From: Candidatus Thermofontivivens primus
GTDB lineage: Bacteria > Sysuimicrobiota > Sysuimicrobiia > Sysuimicrobiales > Thermofontiviventaceae
DNA: 64,000 nt
NCBI GenBank assembly: GCA_031458695.1
Contig: JAVKJW010000005.1
Location: 1-64,000, forward strand
Direction: 5' to 3'
Below, in pieces: positions 20,795 to 30,627 of this stretch. The position numbers were made by a program, and so were the translations under genes. The notes under the pieces were generated by a model, which saw only the letters and a program-made list of their open reading frames with translations, did no database searches and had not been told where the DNA came from. Each line of letters opens with the position of its first letter. Within the stretch, counting starts at the first letter, position 1.

Positions 20795-22129
20795 ATGCGC
20801 ATCCTCGTCCAGAAGTTCGGAGGAACGACCCTGGCAACCCAGGAAGGCCGTGAGCTCGCCGCAGAGGCCATTCTCTGGGAACGTGCCAGGGGGTATACCC
20901 CTGTTGCCGTTGTCTCGGCGCCAGGGCGGGAAGGGGACCCGTATGCAACGGACACCCTCTTGGGTCTCGCCAAGGACCTCGGCTCTGAGCTAGATCCCCG
21001 CACCCTCGACCTCCTCCTCTCCTGTGGCGAGACGATCTCCGCCGCGCTCCTCACGCTGACGCTTTTACGCAAGGGGTGTCCAGCAGTTGCGTTGACAGGA
21101 GCACAGGCGGGGATCATCACTACAGGGGAGTTCGGGAATGCCCGTATACTGCGAGTAGACCCCAGGAGAATCCTTGCCTCCCTCCAGCAGGGAAAGGTTG
21201 TGGTGGTTGCAGGATTCCAGGGGGTTAGCGAGGACGGCGAGGTAACCACGCTGGGGAGGGGAGGGAGCGACACCACGGCAGTAGCGCTTGGGGCCGCCTT
21301 GAAGGCGGAGAGGGTGGAGCTCTACAAGGATGTAGACGGGGTGATGACTGCCGATCCCCGCCTCGTGCCGAACGCTCAGCCCATCCGGAAGATCACCTAC
21401 GATGAAATTGCGCAGATGGCTTGGCTCGGGGCGAGGGTGATCCATCCCCGTGCCGTGGACATCGCCAGGTTCCATCGAGTCCGCCTCGTCGTACGAAGGC
21501 TCTCCCGACCCGGACATGTGCAAGGCGAACATTCGGGAAGCCTGGGCCCTCTGCCCCATTCCCCTGAGGGCTCTGGAGAGGGGACCGTCCTCGTGAAGGA
21601 TCCTGACCCCAATGCCCCCTCAGGGCACCCTTTTGCTGTGGAGGGAGAGGAGGAAGGAAGCGTGTCCATTGCAGATGGCCGCGTTGTCGTAGGTTTAGCC
21701 CATATCCCGCACCTCGCCCAGATCGCGCTCGAATGGCCTCCAGAGGAAGGCCTCGGCAGGGTCCTCGACGCCCTCACCGGGATTGCCGCAGAAGGGATCA
21801 GCATCGACCTCATCACGCTCCTCCCTGGCCGACTGTTGTTCACAATCGAGGAAGGGGTTTCGGAGAAGGCGGAACGCCTGCTTCTTGCGCGAGGGTTCCG
21901 CCCCCAAATCCGCCGCGGGTGCGCCAAGGTCTCTGTGGTAGGCGCCGGGATGCGCGGGGTTCCAGGGGTCATGGCTCGCGTCGTGAAGGCTCTCTATCAC
22001 GCAGGGGTGGAGATCCTCCAGACCGCCGACTCGCACACAACGATCTCTTGCCTTGTCCCGCAGGAGAAGATGAAAGAGGCCCTCTGTGCGCTCCACGAGG
22101 AGTTCATCACTCCAGCACATACCCTGTGA
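20795..22129 (+). CDS. dapG: Aspartate kinase (DapG/aspartokinase I type)
   Basis: VQKFGGT, DPYATDTLL, VAGFQG, TTLGRGGSDTTA, KVSVVGAGMRGVPGVMA. Confidence 0.92.
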   Translation: MRILVQKFGGTTLATQEGRELAAEAILWERARGYTPVAVVSAPGREGDPYATDTLLGLAKDLGSELDPRTLDLLLSCGETISAALLTLTLLRKGCPAVALTGAQAGIITTGEFGNARILRVDPRRILASLQQGKVVVVAGFQGVSEDGEVTTLGRGGSDTTAVALGAALKAERVELYKDVDGVMTADPRLVPNAQPIRKITYDEIAQMAWLGARVIHPRAVDIARFHRVRLVVRRLSRPGHVQGEHSGSLGPLPHSPEGSGEGTVLVKDPDPNAPSGHPFAVEGEEEGSVSIADGRVVVGLAHIPHLAQIALEWPPEEGLGRVLDALTGIAAEGISIDLITLLPGRLLFTIEEGVSEKAERLLLARGFRPQIRRGCAKVSVVGAGMRGVPGVMARVVKALYHAGVEILQTADSHTTISCLVPQEKMKEALCALHEEFITPAHTL

Positions 22130-22263
22130 CCTTTGCTGGGCTCTGTGGAACAAAAGGGTTTCTTCCTGGCTAACGAGAGGGGGTCCTCCTTTCGAGGAGG
22201 TCATGGAGTCCCCTCTGGCGAATCTCCTCCCCAAGCGATCAGGAGGCTGAGGAGGCGAGAAGC

Positions 22264-23157
22264 ATGGTGGAGTTTGGGCACGTGATCACAGCCATGGTGA
22301 CACCCTTCGATGAAGGGTTGAACGTGGACTACACCCGGGCGGCAGACCTTGCCCGCCGTCTCGTGGAGGAGGGGTCCGATTCCCTGGTCGTGGCGGGGAC
22401 TACTGGGGAGTCCCCCACCCTCAGCGATGAGGAGAAGGTGCGCCTCTTCCGGACGGTCAAAGAGGCGGTTGGGGAGAAAGCAAAGGTGATTGCGGGGACG
22501 GGGACATATGATACCCGCCATAGCATCCACCTAAGCAAGGAGGCCGAGAAAGCTGGAGTCGATGGGCTCCTTCTCGTCGTCCCGTACTACAACAAGCCTT
22601 CCCAGGAAGGGCTCTACAAGCACTTCCGGGCAATTGCCGAGGAAACCCGCCTTCCCGCGATCCTCTACAACATCCCGGGAAGGACGGGCGTGAACATGCT
22701 TCCAGAGACGGTTGCGCGCCTCGCCGAGGTATCCAACATCGTGGGGATCAAGGAGGCGAGCGGGAACCTCGACCAAGTCTCGGAAATCCGCAGGCGGACC
22801 CCAAAGGAGTTCCTCATCTATAGCGGTGATGATAGCCTCACCTTACCTATCTTGGCCGTTGGAGGGATTGGCGTCATCAGCGTCGCCTCTCACCTCGCGG
22901 GGAGGCAGATCCAAGAGATGATCCGGTCCTTCCTGGGTGGGGATGTCCAGCGAGCTCTGGATTTGCACCTTCGCCTCCTCCCCTTATTCAAGGCCATGTT
23001 CGTCACCACGAACCCTGCTCCTGTGAAAGCGGCCCTTGCACTTGCGGGATTCCCTGTGGGGGGCTTGCGTCCACCTCTCGTGGAGGTTACTGAGAAGGAG
23101 CGGGAAGTGATCGCTGCAGCCCTGAGGGAACTTGCCCTGGTAGAAGTGGGAGGTTGA
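22264..23157 (+). CDS. dapA: 4-hydroxy-tetrahydrodipicolinate synthase
   Basis: [47 protein letters not shown]. Confidence 0.97.
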   Translation: MVEFGHVITAMVTPFDEGLNVDYTRAADLARRLVEEGSDSLVVAGTTGESPTLSDEEKVRLFRTVKEAVGEKAKVIAGTGTYDTRHSIHLSKEAEKAGVDGLLLVVPYYNKPSQEGLYKHFRAIAEETRLPAILYNIPGRTGVNMLPETVARLAEVSNIVGIKEASGNLDQVSEIRRRTPKEFLIYSGDDSLTLPILAVGGIGVISVASHLAGRQIQEMIRSFLGGDVQRALDLHLRLLPLFKAMFVTTNPAPVKAALALAGFPVGGLRPPLVEVTEKEREVIAAALRELALVEVGG

Positions 23158-23216
23158 GGACCCTCCAAAGGATCTTTACGATCGTTGACAGGACTCGTCC
23201 CCAGGAGGCAATAGTT

Positions 23217-23813
23217 TTGGGAGATGTGAAGGCGGAGTTGGAAAAGCTCCACCAACAAATCAAAGCGTGCGTGGCATGCCCCCTTCATAGGACACGGACC
23301 CAGGCTGTCCCGGGTGTGGGGAGCGCGCGGGCACGGGTGATGTTCATCGGGGAGGGACCTGGCCGGATGGAAGATTTGAAGGGAGAGCCGTTCGTGGGCC
23401 AGGCCGGGAAGTTCCTCGATAGCCTCCTTGCCTCAGTAGGGTTGACGCGGCAGGATGTGTACATCACCAACGTGGTGAAATGCCGCCCGGTGCGGGGAGC
23501 CCCTCCTTACGAGAATCGCCCCCCAAACGCTGAGGAGGTTAGTGCGTGCGCTCCCTGGCTTTCCCAGCAGCTTGCCCTCATCGCTCCCAAGCTCATTGTT
23601 ACCCTCGGCCGTTACGCCATGGAAGTCTTTCTCCCAGGACGGAAGATCTCCGAAGTGCATGGGAAGCCGTTCTCCCAGGGTGATCGGATCATCCTCCCCC
23701 TGTACCACCCGGCAGTAGCCCTCTACAGGGTTGATCAGAAGGAGACACTCATCAAGGACTTCCAGGTGATCCGGAAAGTGCTTACGGAGATCTCCTCAGG
23801 AGCACGTGGATGA
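23217..23813 (+). CDS. udg: Uracil-DNA glycosylase family 4 (Fe-S)
   Basis: CVACPL, FIGEGPG, PFVGQAG, YITNVVKCRP, YHPA. TTG start chosen 8 nt after AGGAGG. Confidence 0.92.
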   Translation: MGDVKAELEKLHQQIKACVACPLHRTRTQAVPGVGSARARVMFIGEGPGRMEDLKGEPFVGQAGKFLDSLLASVGLTRQDVYITNVVKCRPVRGAPPYENRPPNAEEVSACAPWLSQQLALIAPKLIVTLGRYAMEVFLPGRKISEVHGKPFSQGDRIILPLYHPAVALYRVDQKETLIKDFQVIRKVLTEISSGARG

Positions 23814-24643
23814 TGCTTCGCCTCGCCTTCCTCGGGATCATCCAGGGTTTGACCGAGTTCCTTCCTGTGAGCTCTTCCGCCCATCTCGTGTTCGCCGAGG
23901 CGATCCTAGGGATCCCGCGCCCTGGTGTCTTTCTGGAGGCGATCCTCCACCTCGGGACCCTTGTGGCGTTGGTTGTGGCTTTCCGGGAGGATCTCGTTGC
24001 AATCGCCAGAGGCTTCCTCCTGAGTCTCCTCCGGCCAAGGGAGTGGGTCAATGGAAACCCGCACAGACGGGGGATCCCGTGGGAAGGCCGGTTAGCCTGG
24101 CTCATCCTCGTCGGTTCGGTCCCGACAGGTCTCATGGGTCTTCTGTTTGAACAGGTGTTTGAGCAGATCTTTGCTTCCATCACCCTTGTGGCGATGTTCT
24201 TGTTGGTCACCGGGGCAATCCTCCTCGTGAGCGAACGGCGGTCAGCAAGCCGTCCTCTCCAGGAAGCACGTGTTCTGGACGCCCTCACCATAGGGGTCGC
24301 TCAAGGGCTTGCCATTGCCCCGGGGATCTCCCGGTCGGGGATCACAATCGCTGCCGGGCTGTGGCGAGGAATGGACCGTGAGGCATCTGCTCGCTTTTCC
24401 TTCCTCCTAGCCATCCCCGCTATCCTGGGTGCCAGCCTCTACAAGGCCAAAGAGATGGCCCTTGCTCAAGCCATGGGAATCACCCCCTTCCAACTTCTCG
24501 TTGCTTTTGGGACATCTGTGGTTACCGGGTACCTCGCAATCCGGTGGATGCTGGAAATCGTCCGGCGCGCACGCCTTTTCTGGTTTGCCTACTACTGCTT
24601 GGGGCTCGGTCTCTTTGTCTTGATCTTCTCGCTGCTCCGGTAA
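23810..24643 (+). CDS. uppP: Undecaprenyl-diphosphate phosphatase
   Basis: IQGLTEFLPVSSSAHL, PGISRSGITI, ARFSFLLAIP. Confidence 0.96.
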   Translation: MMLRLAFLGIIQGLTEFLPVSSSAHLVFAEAILGIPRPGVFLEAILHLGTLVALVVAFREDLVAIARGFLLSLLRPREWVNGNPHRRGIPWEGRLAWLILVGSVPTGLMGLLFEQVFEQIFASITLVAMFLLVTGAILLVSERRSASRPLQEARVLDALTIGVAQGLAIAPGISRSGITIAAGLWRGMDREASARFSFLLAIPAILGASLYKAKEMALAQAMGITPFQLLVAFGTSVVTGYLAIRWMLEIVRRARLFWFAYYCLGLGLFVLIFSLLR

Positions 24644-24688
24644 GAGGGACCCACCCTCCCCCGTCGAATCTTCCCACCTAGCGGGAAG

Positions 24689-26839
24689 ATGGCACGAAAG
24701 GAAACGGTGAAGCAGAAAGATCCCCGCAAGGCCAAGACACTAGCCGTTGCTTTCTTGGCCTTGATCTTGGGAGCGAGCCTCCTCCCCAGGGCTTCTGGGG
24801 CTATTCCGCCCCTTCTCGCCCTCTGGCAACGCCGCCTTGCTGGAGAAGGAGCTGTAGCGATCCCCCTCGTTCTCTTCCTCTTGGCAATATTCCTTTGGCA
24901 AGGGAGGCGGCTCGGAGCTAGGATGGGAGGCCTCCTGGTGCTTACCTTGGGGAGCCTGGGGCTCCTCCAGAGCATCCGGGGGGATGATCCCTTTGGTGGC
25001 AAGGGAGGAGGTGCCATTGGGTGGGCCACACTTTGGGCCCTGCGCCGCTCGATGGGGGAGGTCTCCGCTTGGATCCTCTTGAGCCTTTCCCTCATCATCG
25101 GCTTTGCCCTCCTCACAGGGATCTCCTGGAAGGGAGTTGCGGGGGTCTTAGCCACTGGGGTCAAGTGGGTGTGGCGGGCTTTCGGAGTCGTGGGAAGAGG
25201 GTTCGTCTGTGGACTAGCGAGAATAAGAAAGCGGGCTCTGTGTCCCCGCCCTCTCCCGAGAAGGCCGCTGGTCGAGGAGGCATCTCCTGGAAAGACCCTT
25301 CCTTCCACCCAGGCGGGCGAACTGGTGGAAGAAATCACCGCTGGACCTCCCAGGATCCGGAGACCACGCGAGCCGAGGGAACCCGCACAGAAGGAAATCA
25401 AGCCACCCGTATCCCGGGAGGGATACCAGCTTCCCCTCCTTTCGCTTCTCAACGGGCCACAGGTCAAAGGACGGGAACGCACCGACCCTGTGGAGGTAGC
25501 CAGGGCTCTGGAGCGGACCCTGGAGAGCTTCGGGGTAGAGGCAAAGGTGATAGGGTTCCAGCAGGGGCCTGTTGTTACGAGGTACGAGGTCCAGCCCGCA
25601 CCAGGAGTGAAGGTACAACGCATCACCAGCCTCAGCAGTGACATAGCCCTTAGCCTCGCGGCGAGGAGCGTGCGCATCGAGGCACCTATCCCCGGCAAGT
25701 CCGCCGTGGGGATCGAGATCCCCAACGAGCGGGCGATGCTCGTGCCCATCCAGGAGGTCCTCGCCTCGGAGCAATTCTCCAAGGCTACCTCCCCTCTCGC
25801 CGTCGCGCTGGGGAAGGATCTCGCTGGGACCCCTGTGGTGATGGATCTCCAGGAGATGCCCCACCTGCTCATCGCCGGTGCCACGGGATCAGGGAAGTCG
25901 GTCCTTCTCAATGTGATCATCGCAAGCCTCCTGTTCCGGGCGACCCCGCGAGAGGTCCGCCTCCTGCTGATCGATCCCAAGCGGGTCGAGCTTGCCCAGT
26001 ACAATGGCATCCCCCACCTCCTCGCGCCAGTTGTCACAAGCCCGCGGGAAGCTGCTGGGAAGTTGAGGTGGATCCTTGGGGAGATGGAAAGCAGGTTTGC
26101 TCGGTTCGCCGAGGCGGGGGTCCGGAACATCCACGCCTATAACCATCGCTTCGCGAAAGATCCGCTCCCGTTCATTGTGATCCTCATCGATGAACTTGCC
26201 GATTTGATGATGGTAGCCCCATCGGACTTCGAAGATATCATCTGCCGGCTTGCCCAGATGACGCGGGCTACAGGGATCCACCTCGTCGTGGCAACGCAGA
26301 GGCCTTCTGTAGACGTTATCACAGGGCTCATCAAGGCCAACATCCCCTCGCGCATCGCCTTTGCGGTCTCTTCCCAGGTAGACAGCCGGACCATCCTCGA
26401 CATGCCTGGGGCGGAGAAACTCCTCGGCCGAGGGGATATGCTTTTTCTTCCCATTGGCGCATCTAGACCGCTCCGCATCCAGGGCTCGTATATCTCCGAC
26501 GAGGAGATCGAGCGCCTCGTACAGTGGTGGCGGGACCAAGGAGGGCCTGTCTTCGAGCCGGAAGTCCTGGAGGCCGGGCAGGGTGAGGAGACCGGGGAGG
26601 AAGATTCCCTCTTGGAGGAGGCAGCCCGGATCATCGTGCGGGCGGGGTACGGATCCGTCTCCCTTCTCCAGCGGAAGATGCGCATTGGCTACGTCCGGGC
26701 CAGCCGGATCATGGACCAGCTCGAGGAGAAGGGAATCGTGGGGCCCGCACAAGGCAGCAATCCTCGGGAGGTCCTCGTCGGGCTTGACGACCTGGAACAC
26801 CTCTTTGCCCGCAAGAGGCGGGAGCGAAGCGAAATGTAA
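24689..26839 (+). CDS. ftsK: DNA translocase FtsK/SpoIIIE
   Basis: N-terminal TM segments, RIEAPIPGKSAVGIEIPN, PHLLIAGATGSGKS, IDELADLM, ATQRPSVDVITG, gamma domain SLLQRKMRIGY. Confidence 0.96.
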   Translation: MARKETVKQKDPRKAKTLAVAFLALILGASLLPRASGAIPPLLALWQRRLAGEGAVAIPLVLFLLAIFLWQGRRLGARMGGLLVLTLGSLGLLQSIRGDDPFGGKGGGAIGWATLWALRRSMGEVSAWILLSLSLIIGFALLTGISWKGVAGVLATGVKWVWRAFGVVGRGFVCGLARIRKRALCPRPLPRRPLVEEASPGKTLPSTQAGELVEEITAGPPRIRRPREPREPAQKEIKPPVSREGYQLPLLSLLNGPQVKGRERTDPVEVARALERTLESFGVEAKVIGFQQGPVVTRYEVQPAPGVKVQRITSLSSDIALSLAARSVRIEAPIPGKSAVGIEIPNERAMLVPIQEVLASEQFSKATSPLAVALGKDLAGTPVVMDLQEMPHLLIAGATGSGKSVLLNVIIASLLFRATPREVRLLLIDPKRVELAQYNGIPHLLAPVVTSPREAAGKLRWILGEMESRFARFAEAGVRNIHAYNHRFAKDPLPFIVILIDELADLMMVAPSDFEDIICRLAQMTRATGIHLVVATQRPSVDVITGLIKANIPSRIAFAVSSQVDSRTILDMPGAEKLLGRGDMLFLPIGASRPLRIQGSYISDEEIERLVQWWRDQGGPVFEPEVLEAGQGEETGEEDSLLEEAARIIVRAGYGSVSLLQRKMRIGYVRASRIMDQLEEKGIVGPAQGSNPREVLVGLDDLEHLFARKRRERSEM

Positions 26840-26952
26840 GCAACAGGGGGTCGAAACCTTCGAGGACTTCTCGTTGAGGAAGCCAGGGGATCAGTCCAGG
26901 AATGTAGGTATGAACTCACCTGGCGCAAATCTAAGGTGTTCGCGAGGAGTTC

Positions 26953-27936
26953 CTACTCCCGGGCGTAGGGGCGGCCGATGGTGCGAGGGAAGCGCCGTTG
27001 CCCAATCACGAGGGCAACCACGACGAGGGTCGTTACGTAGGGAATCATGCTCACGAAGTAGAAGGGGATTCGCTCTTTTACCCCCGGGGTCACGGCCACG
27101 GCAGAGGCGAAGCCATCCGCGAACCCGAAAAGCATCGCAGCACCAAGGGCAAGCAGCGGTTCGAGACCGGCGAATACCACGCAGGCCAGGGCGATGAACC
27201 CGCGGCCTGCCGAGATCTCCTTGACGACGGCGCCAAACCAGCCGAGAGGGAGGAACGCCCCGCCGATTCCTGCAAGCGCTCCCCCAAGGGTACTCGTGAG
27301 CAAGCGGAGGTGGTCCACTCGGAGGCCTGCAACGTCGACCGCTTCGGGCCTTTCCCCCACAGCCCTGATCCGGAACCCAAGCACCGTGCGGTGGAGCAGG
27401 AGATGGGCAAGGAAGGCAACCAGGACCGCGAACACCGTCACCGGGCTGACCTGTCCGAAGGGCGTGATCCACCTGGGGACCATAAGCTCGTTGGGGAAGA
27501 TGTGGATCCCTGGGAATGCCCAGAGGCTGATGAGGAGGAAGGGGACGAAGCCTAGGGCAAAGATATTCAGACCCATCCCGGCGATGATCTGGTCTGCCCG
27601 CCCGTACACGCTGATCACGCCGAGGGCGAAGCCGAGGACCGCGCCAGCCAGCGCTCCTCCAAGGAGTCCCATGGCCCCGTTCCCGAACACTTCCGCCGTC
27701 CACACCCCGGTGACGGAGGTAATCATGAAGATGCCCTCCAGGCCGATGTTGACGACGCCAGCCTTCTCGTTCACGCACTCACCCACCGCGGCAAGCGCAA
27801 GCGGCGTCATGGCCAGCAATCCCGCCTCAATCAGAGAGACTGGCCTCAGGCCGGCACGCTCCAGGGCCATCCCAAAGAGGGCAAGGAGTGCAATGGCCAG
27901 GAGGTACACCGCGGCCCGCCGGATCGCCTGGCTCAT
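26953..27936 (-). CDS. Nucleoside/sugar ABC transporter permease (CUT2 family)
   Basis: EKAGVVNIGLEG, RIRAVGERPEA, AGRGFIALA; multiple TM segments. Confidence 0.92.
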   Translation of the reverse strand: MSQAIRRAAVYLLAIALLALFGMALERAGLRPVSLIEAGLLAMTPLALAAVGECVNEKAGVVNIGLEGIFMITSVTGVWTAEVFGNGAMGLLGGALAGAVLGFALGVISVYGRADQIIAGMGLNIFALGFVPFLLISLWAFPGIHIFPNELMVPRWITPFGQVSPVTVFAVLVAFLAHLLLHRTVLGFRIRAVGERPEAVDVAGLRVDHLRLLTSTLGGALAGIGGAFLPLGWFGAVVKEISAGRGFIALACVVFAGLEPLLALGAAMLFGFADGFASAVAVTPGVKERIPFYFVSMIPYVTTLVVVALVIGQRRFPRTIGRPYARE

Positions 27937-28976
27937 CGGATCCGCCTCCTTCGGAGCATCGCCCAGACCTCTGGAACCGCCAGCGTGACCACAATGATCC
28001 CGTTTAGGGCGCGCACAAGCTCAGACAGGACTCCCGCCTGGTATTCCATGAGCCTCCCCCCATGCGCGAGCGCGCCGAACAGAAAGGCTGCCAGGATCCC
28101 CCCAAGAGGATGGTTCCGACCCACAAGGGCGACACCGATCCCATCAAACCCGAGCGTTGCGACATTCCCCAAGGTCGCATAGAGCGACCAGGCCGGGGGC
28201 CGGCCGATGATCTGGCTGGCCCCGGCGAGCCCAGCAGCAAGTCCGCCGATGACAAAACTCAAAAGAATGACGCGGTTCGCGTTCACCCCTGCATACCGGG
28301 CAGCATCAGGGTTCTCGCCACCCAAGCGGAGCTCATATCCCGCCCGCGTCCCCCATAGGTACAGGTAGATCGCAGCGCAGAAGGCGATGGCCACGAAAAT
28401 TACGGCGGTCAACGTGGCATCTTCCGTGAGCACGGGGTAGCGCGCAGTGGGGAGGGCGGGAACGGTACGGTCCGCGCGGGTGGGATCCCCCAAGAAGTTG
28501 ATGGCGAGATAGGTGGAGAGGTGAAAAGCGATCCAGTTGGCCATGATCGTGGAGATGACCTCGTGCACGCCCCGCCAGACCTTGAGGAGGGCAGGGATCA
28601 TCGCCCACGCTGCACCGAAGAGCATTCCCGAAGCCGTTGCCGCCGCGATATGGATCCCAGGAGGGAGGGAAACCATGCCGGCAACAAAGGTCGTGCCAAT
28701 GGCGCCGAGGTACATCTGGCCTTCTGCACCGATGTTGAAGAGGCCCGCGCGAATGCCGACCGAGAACGTCAAGGCCGTCAACATGAGTGGGGTGGCAAAG
28801 GCGATTGTCTCCAGAACGTCGGCTGGCGTACCGAATGCGCCAATGAATAAGGCCTGGTAGGCACGCAACGGGCTGTAGCCGAAAGCGCCCATGAGGAGAG
28901 CTCCAGCGGTGAGCCCAATGAAGATCGTGACCAGCGATTCAATCAGAGGTCGGGGAAGATGCCAGCGCGCTTTCAT
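27933..28976 (-). CDS. Nucleoside/sugar ABC transporter permease (CUT2 family)
   Basis: AGLFNIGAEGQ, HEVISTIM, GENPDAARYAG, GFDGIGVALVGRNHP. Confidence 0.92.
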   Translation of the reverse strand: MKARWHLPRPLIESLVTIFIGLTAGALLMGAFGYSPLRAYQALFIGAFGTPADVLETIAFATPLMLTALTFSVGIRAGLFNIGAEGQMYLGAIGTTFVAGMVSLPPGIHIAAATASGMLFGAAWAMIPALLKVWRGVHEVISTIMANWIAFHLSTYLAINFLGDPTRADRTVPALPTARYPVLTEDATLTAVIFVAIAFCAAIYLYLWGTRAGYELRLGGENPDAARYAGVNANRVILLSFVIGGLAAGLAGASQIIGRPPAWSLYATLGNVATLGFDGIGVALVGRNHPLGGILAAFLFGALAHGGRLMEYQAGVLSELVRALNGIIVVTLAVPEVWAMLRRRRIR

Positions 28977-30507
28977 CTCTCCCTTTCGGGGTGATCCCTC
29001 CCATCATCAGCCCTATCTCTTCCCGGCTGAGCTCCTCGACCTTTCCCGAGCCGATGAACTGTCCCTCATACATCACTGCGATGCGGTCGCTGATCTCCAA
29101 CACCTCGTCCAGGTCTGCAGAGACGAGGAGGACGCCCTTCCCCTCATCCCGCATCTGCACGAGGAGCTCACGGATGTACACCGTGGAGGCGATGTCCAGG
29201 CCTCTCGTGGGATGCACAGCAATCACCAGGACGGGTTCCTTGCTCAATTCCCTTCCTACCAGTAACCGCTGCTGGTTCCCTCCGCTCAGGCTGCGAACGG
29301 GGGTGTGCAGGCCTGGGGCTAACACGTTGAACCTCTCCACCAGTTGGCGGGCATAGGAAAGGATAGCATTCCAGTTGAGCCGTCCCATTCTTGTGGAGAA
29401 AGCTGGCTCACGTTGCCGGCTCAAAATGGAATTCTCGGCGAGGTCAAAGTTGAGGGCAAGGCCGAACCGGAGCCTGTCCTCTGGGATATGAGCACCTCCT
29501 AGGCGATAGAGGTCGAGGGGGGTCAAGTGTTTGATCTCTGCTCCGTTGAGGGAGATCTCCCCGGAGCGGATGGGACGAAGTCCAGCGAGGGCCTGGACAA
29601 GCTCGCTCTGCCCGTTCCCCTCCACGCCAGCGATCCCAAAGATCTCTCCTGCGCGGACCTCAAAGGAGATCCCCTTCACCGCGAGGGCCCCCTGGTCGTT
29701 GGCAACTTGGAGGTTGCGGACGATGAGCACAGGATCTCCAGGAGGACGGCTGGACCGGCTCACGCGCGGAACAATCTCACGCCCTACCATGAGCTCCGCA
29801 AGACGCTCGGGGGTTGCCTGGGCCGTGGGGAGCTCTCCCGTCACCTGTCCGTTGCGAAGTACCACAATCCGATCAGAGATCTCCATGACCTCCCGGAGCT
29901 TGTGAGTGATGAACACAATGGATCTCCCAGTAGCCCTAAGACCACGCAAGAAGCGGAATAGGTCATGGACCTCTGTGGGGGTGAGCGCAGAGGTTGGTTC
30001 GTCGAGGATCAAGACCGAGGTCCCCTTGTAGAGCGTCTTCACGATTTCCACCCTCTGCTGGACCCCAATGGGGAGCGACTCCACCGGGACATCCAAGGGG
30101 ATAGAAAGGCCCGTCTCCTCAAGAAGCTCGGAGATCCGCTGGCGCGCCTTCTCAACCCGGAGGGCACCGAGGGTGGGGCTCCCTTCTTGGCCTAGGATGA
30201 TGTTCTCGAGAGCTGAGAAAGGTGGGACCAGGGTGAAGACCTGGTGAACCATCCCGATGCCCACGCGCAAGGCGTCGGAGGGATTCCGGAACAGCACAGG
30301 GTGGCCATCGATGAGGATTTCCCCCCGGGTCGGTTGCAGCAGACCAGAGAGGATCTTCATCAAGGTGGTCTTCCCTGCCCCATTCTCCCCCAGGAGGCCG
30401 ACGATCTCCCCGGGGTGCAGGTGGAAATCCACCCCGCGCAGAGCAACAGTCCCGTCGGGATATACCTTGTGAATGCCGCGCATCTCCACGCGCGGTGCGG
30501 CGGCCAT
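28939..30507 (-). CDS. ABC transporter ATP-binding protein with two ABC domains (CUT2 family)
   Basis: GENGAGKTT, ILDEPT, GVEGNGQSEL, LSGGNQQ, SADLDE. Confidence 0.95.
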   Translation of the reverse strand: MAAAPRVEMRGIHKVYPDGTVALRGVDFHLHPGEIVGLLGENGAGKTTLMKILSGLLQPTRGEILIDGHPVLFRNPSDALRVGIGMVHQVFTLVPPFSALENIILGQEGSPTLGALRVEKARQRISELLEETGLSIPLDVPVESLPIGVQQRVEIVKTLYKGTSVLILDEPTSALTPTEVHDLFRFLRGLRATGRSIVFITHKLREVMEISDRIVVLRNGQVTGELPTAQATPERLAELMVGREIVPRVSRSSRPPGDPVLIVRNLQVANDQGALAVKGISFEVRAGEIFGIAGVEGNGQSELVQALAGLRPIRSGEISLNGAEIKHLTPLDLYRLGGAHIPEDRLRFGLALNFDLAENSILSRQREPAFSTRMGRLNWNAILSYARQLVERFNVLAPGLHTPVRSLSGGNQQRLLVGRELSKEPVLVIAVHPTRGLDIASTVYIRELLVQMRDEGKGVLLVSADLDEVLEISDRIAVMYEGQFIGSGKVEELSREEIGLMMGGITPKGRDESALASSPTSD

Positions 30508-30627
30508 AATGACCTCTCCTCGACTCCTCCCTCCAGAACATGGGCAGGGGCAAGCCTCTTCAGGAGCCGAATAGCCCGAAGCTTGCCCCTGCCAGCGAGA
30601 CGGATCTTGATTCTAGCTGGGCCAGGG

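Noticed and set aside
22130..22263. Lysine riboswitch before dapA
   Set aside because: The region is too short (134 nt) and lacks the AGAGGUGC-type core; kept only as an unassigned structure.
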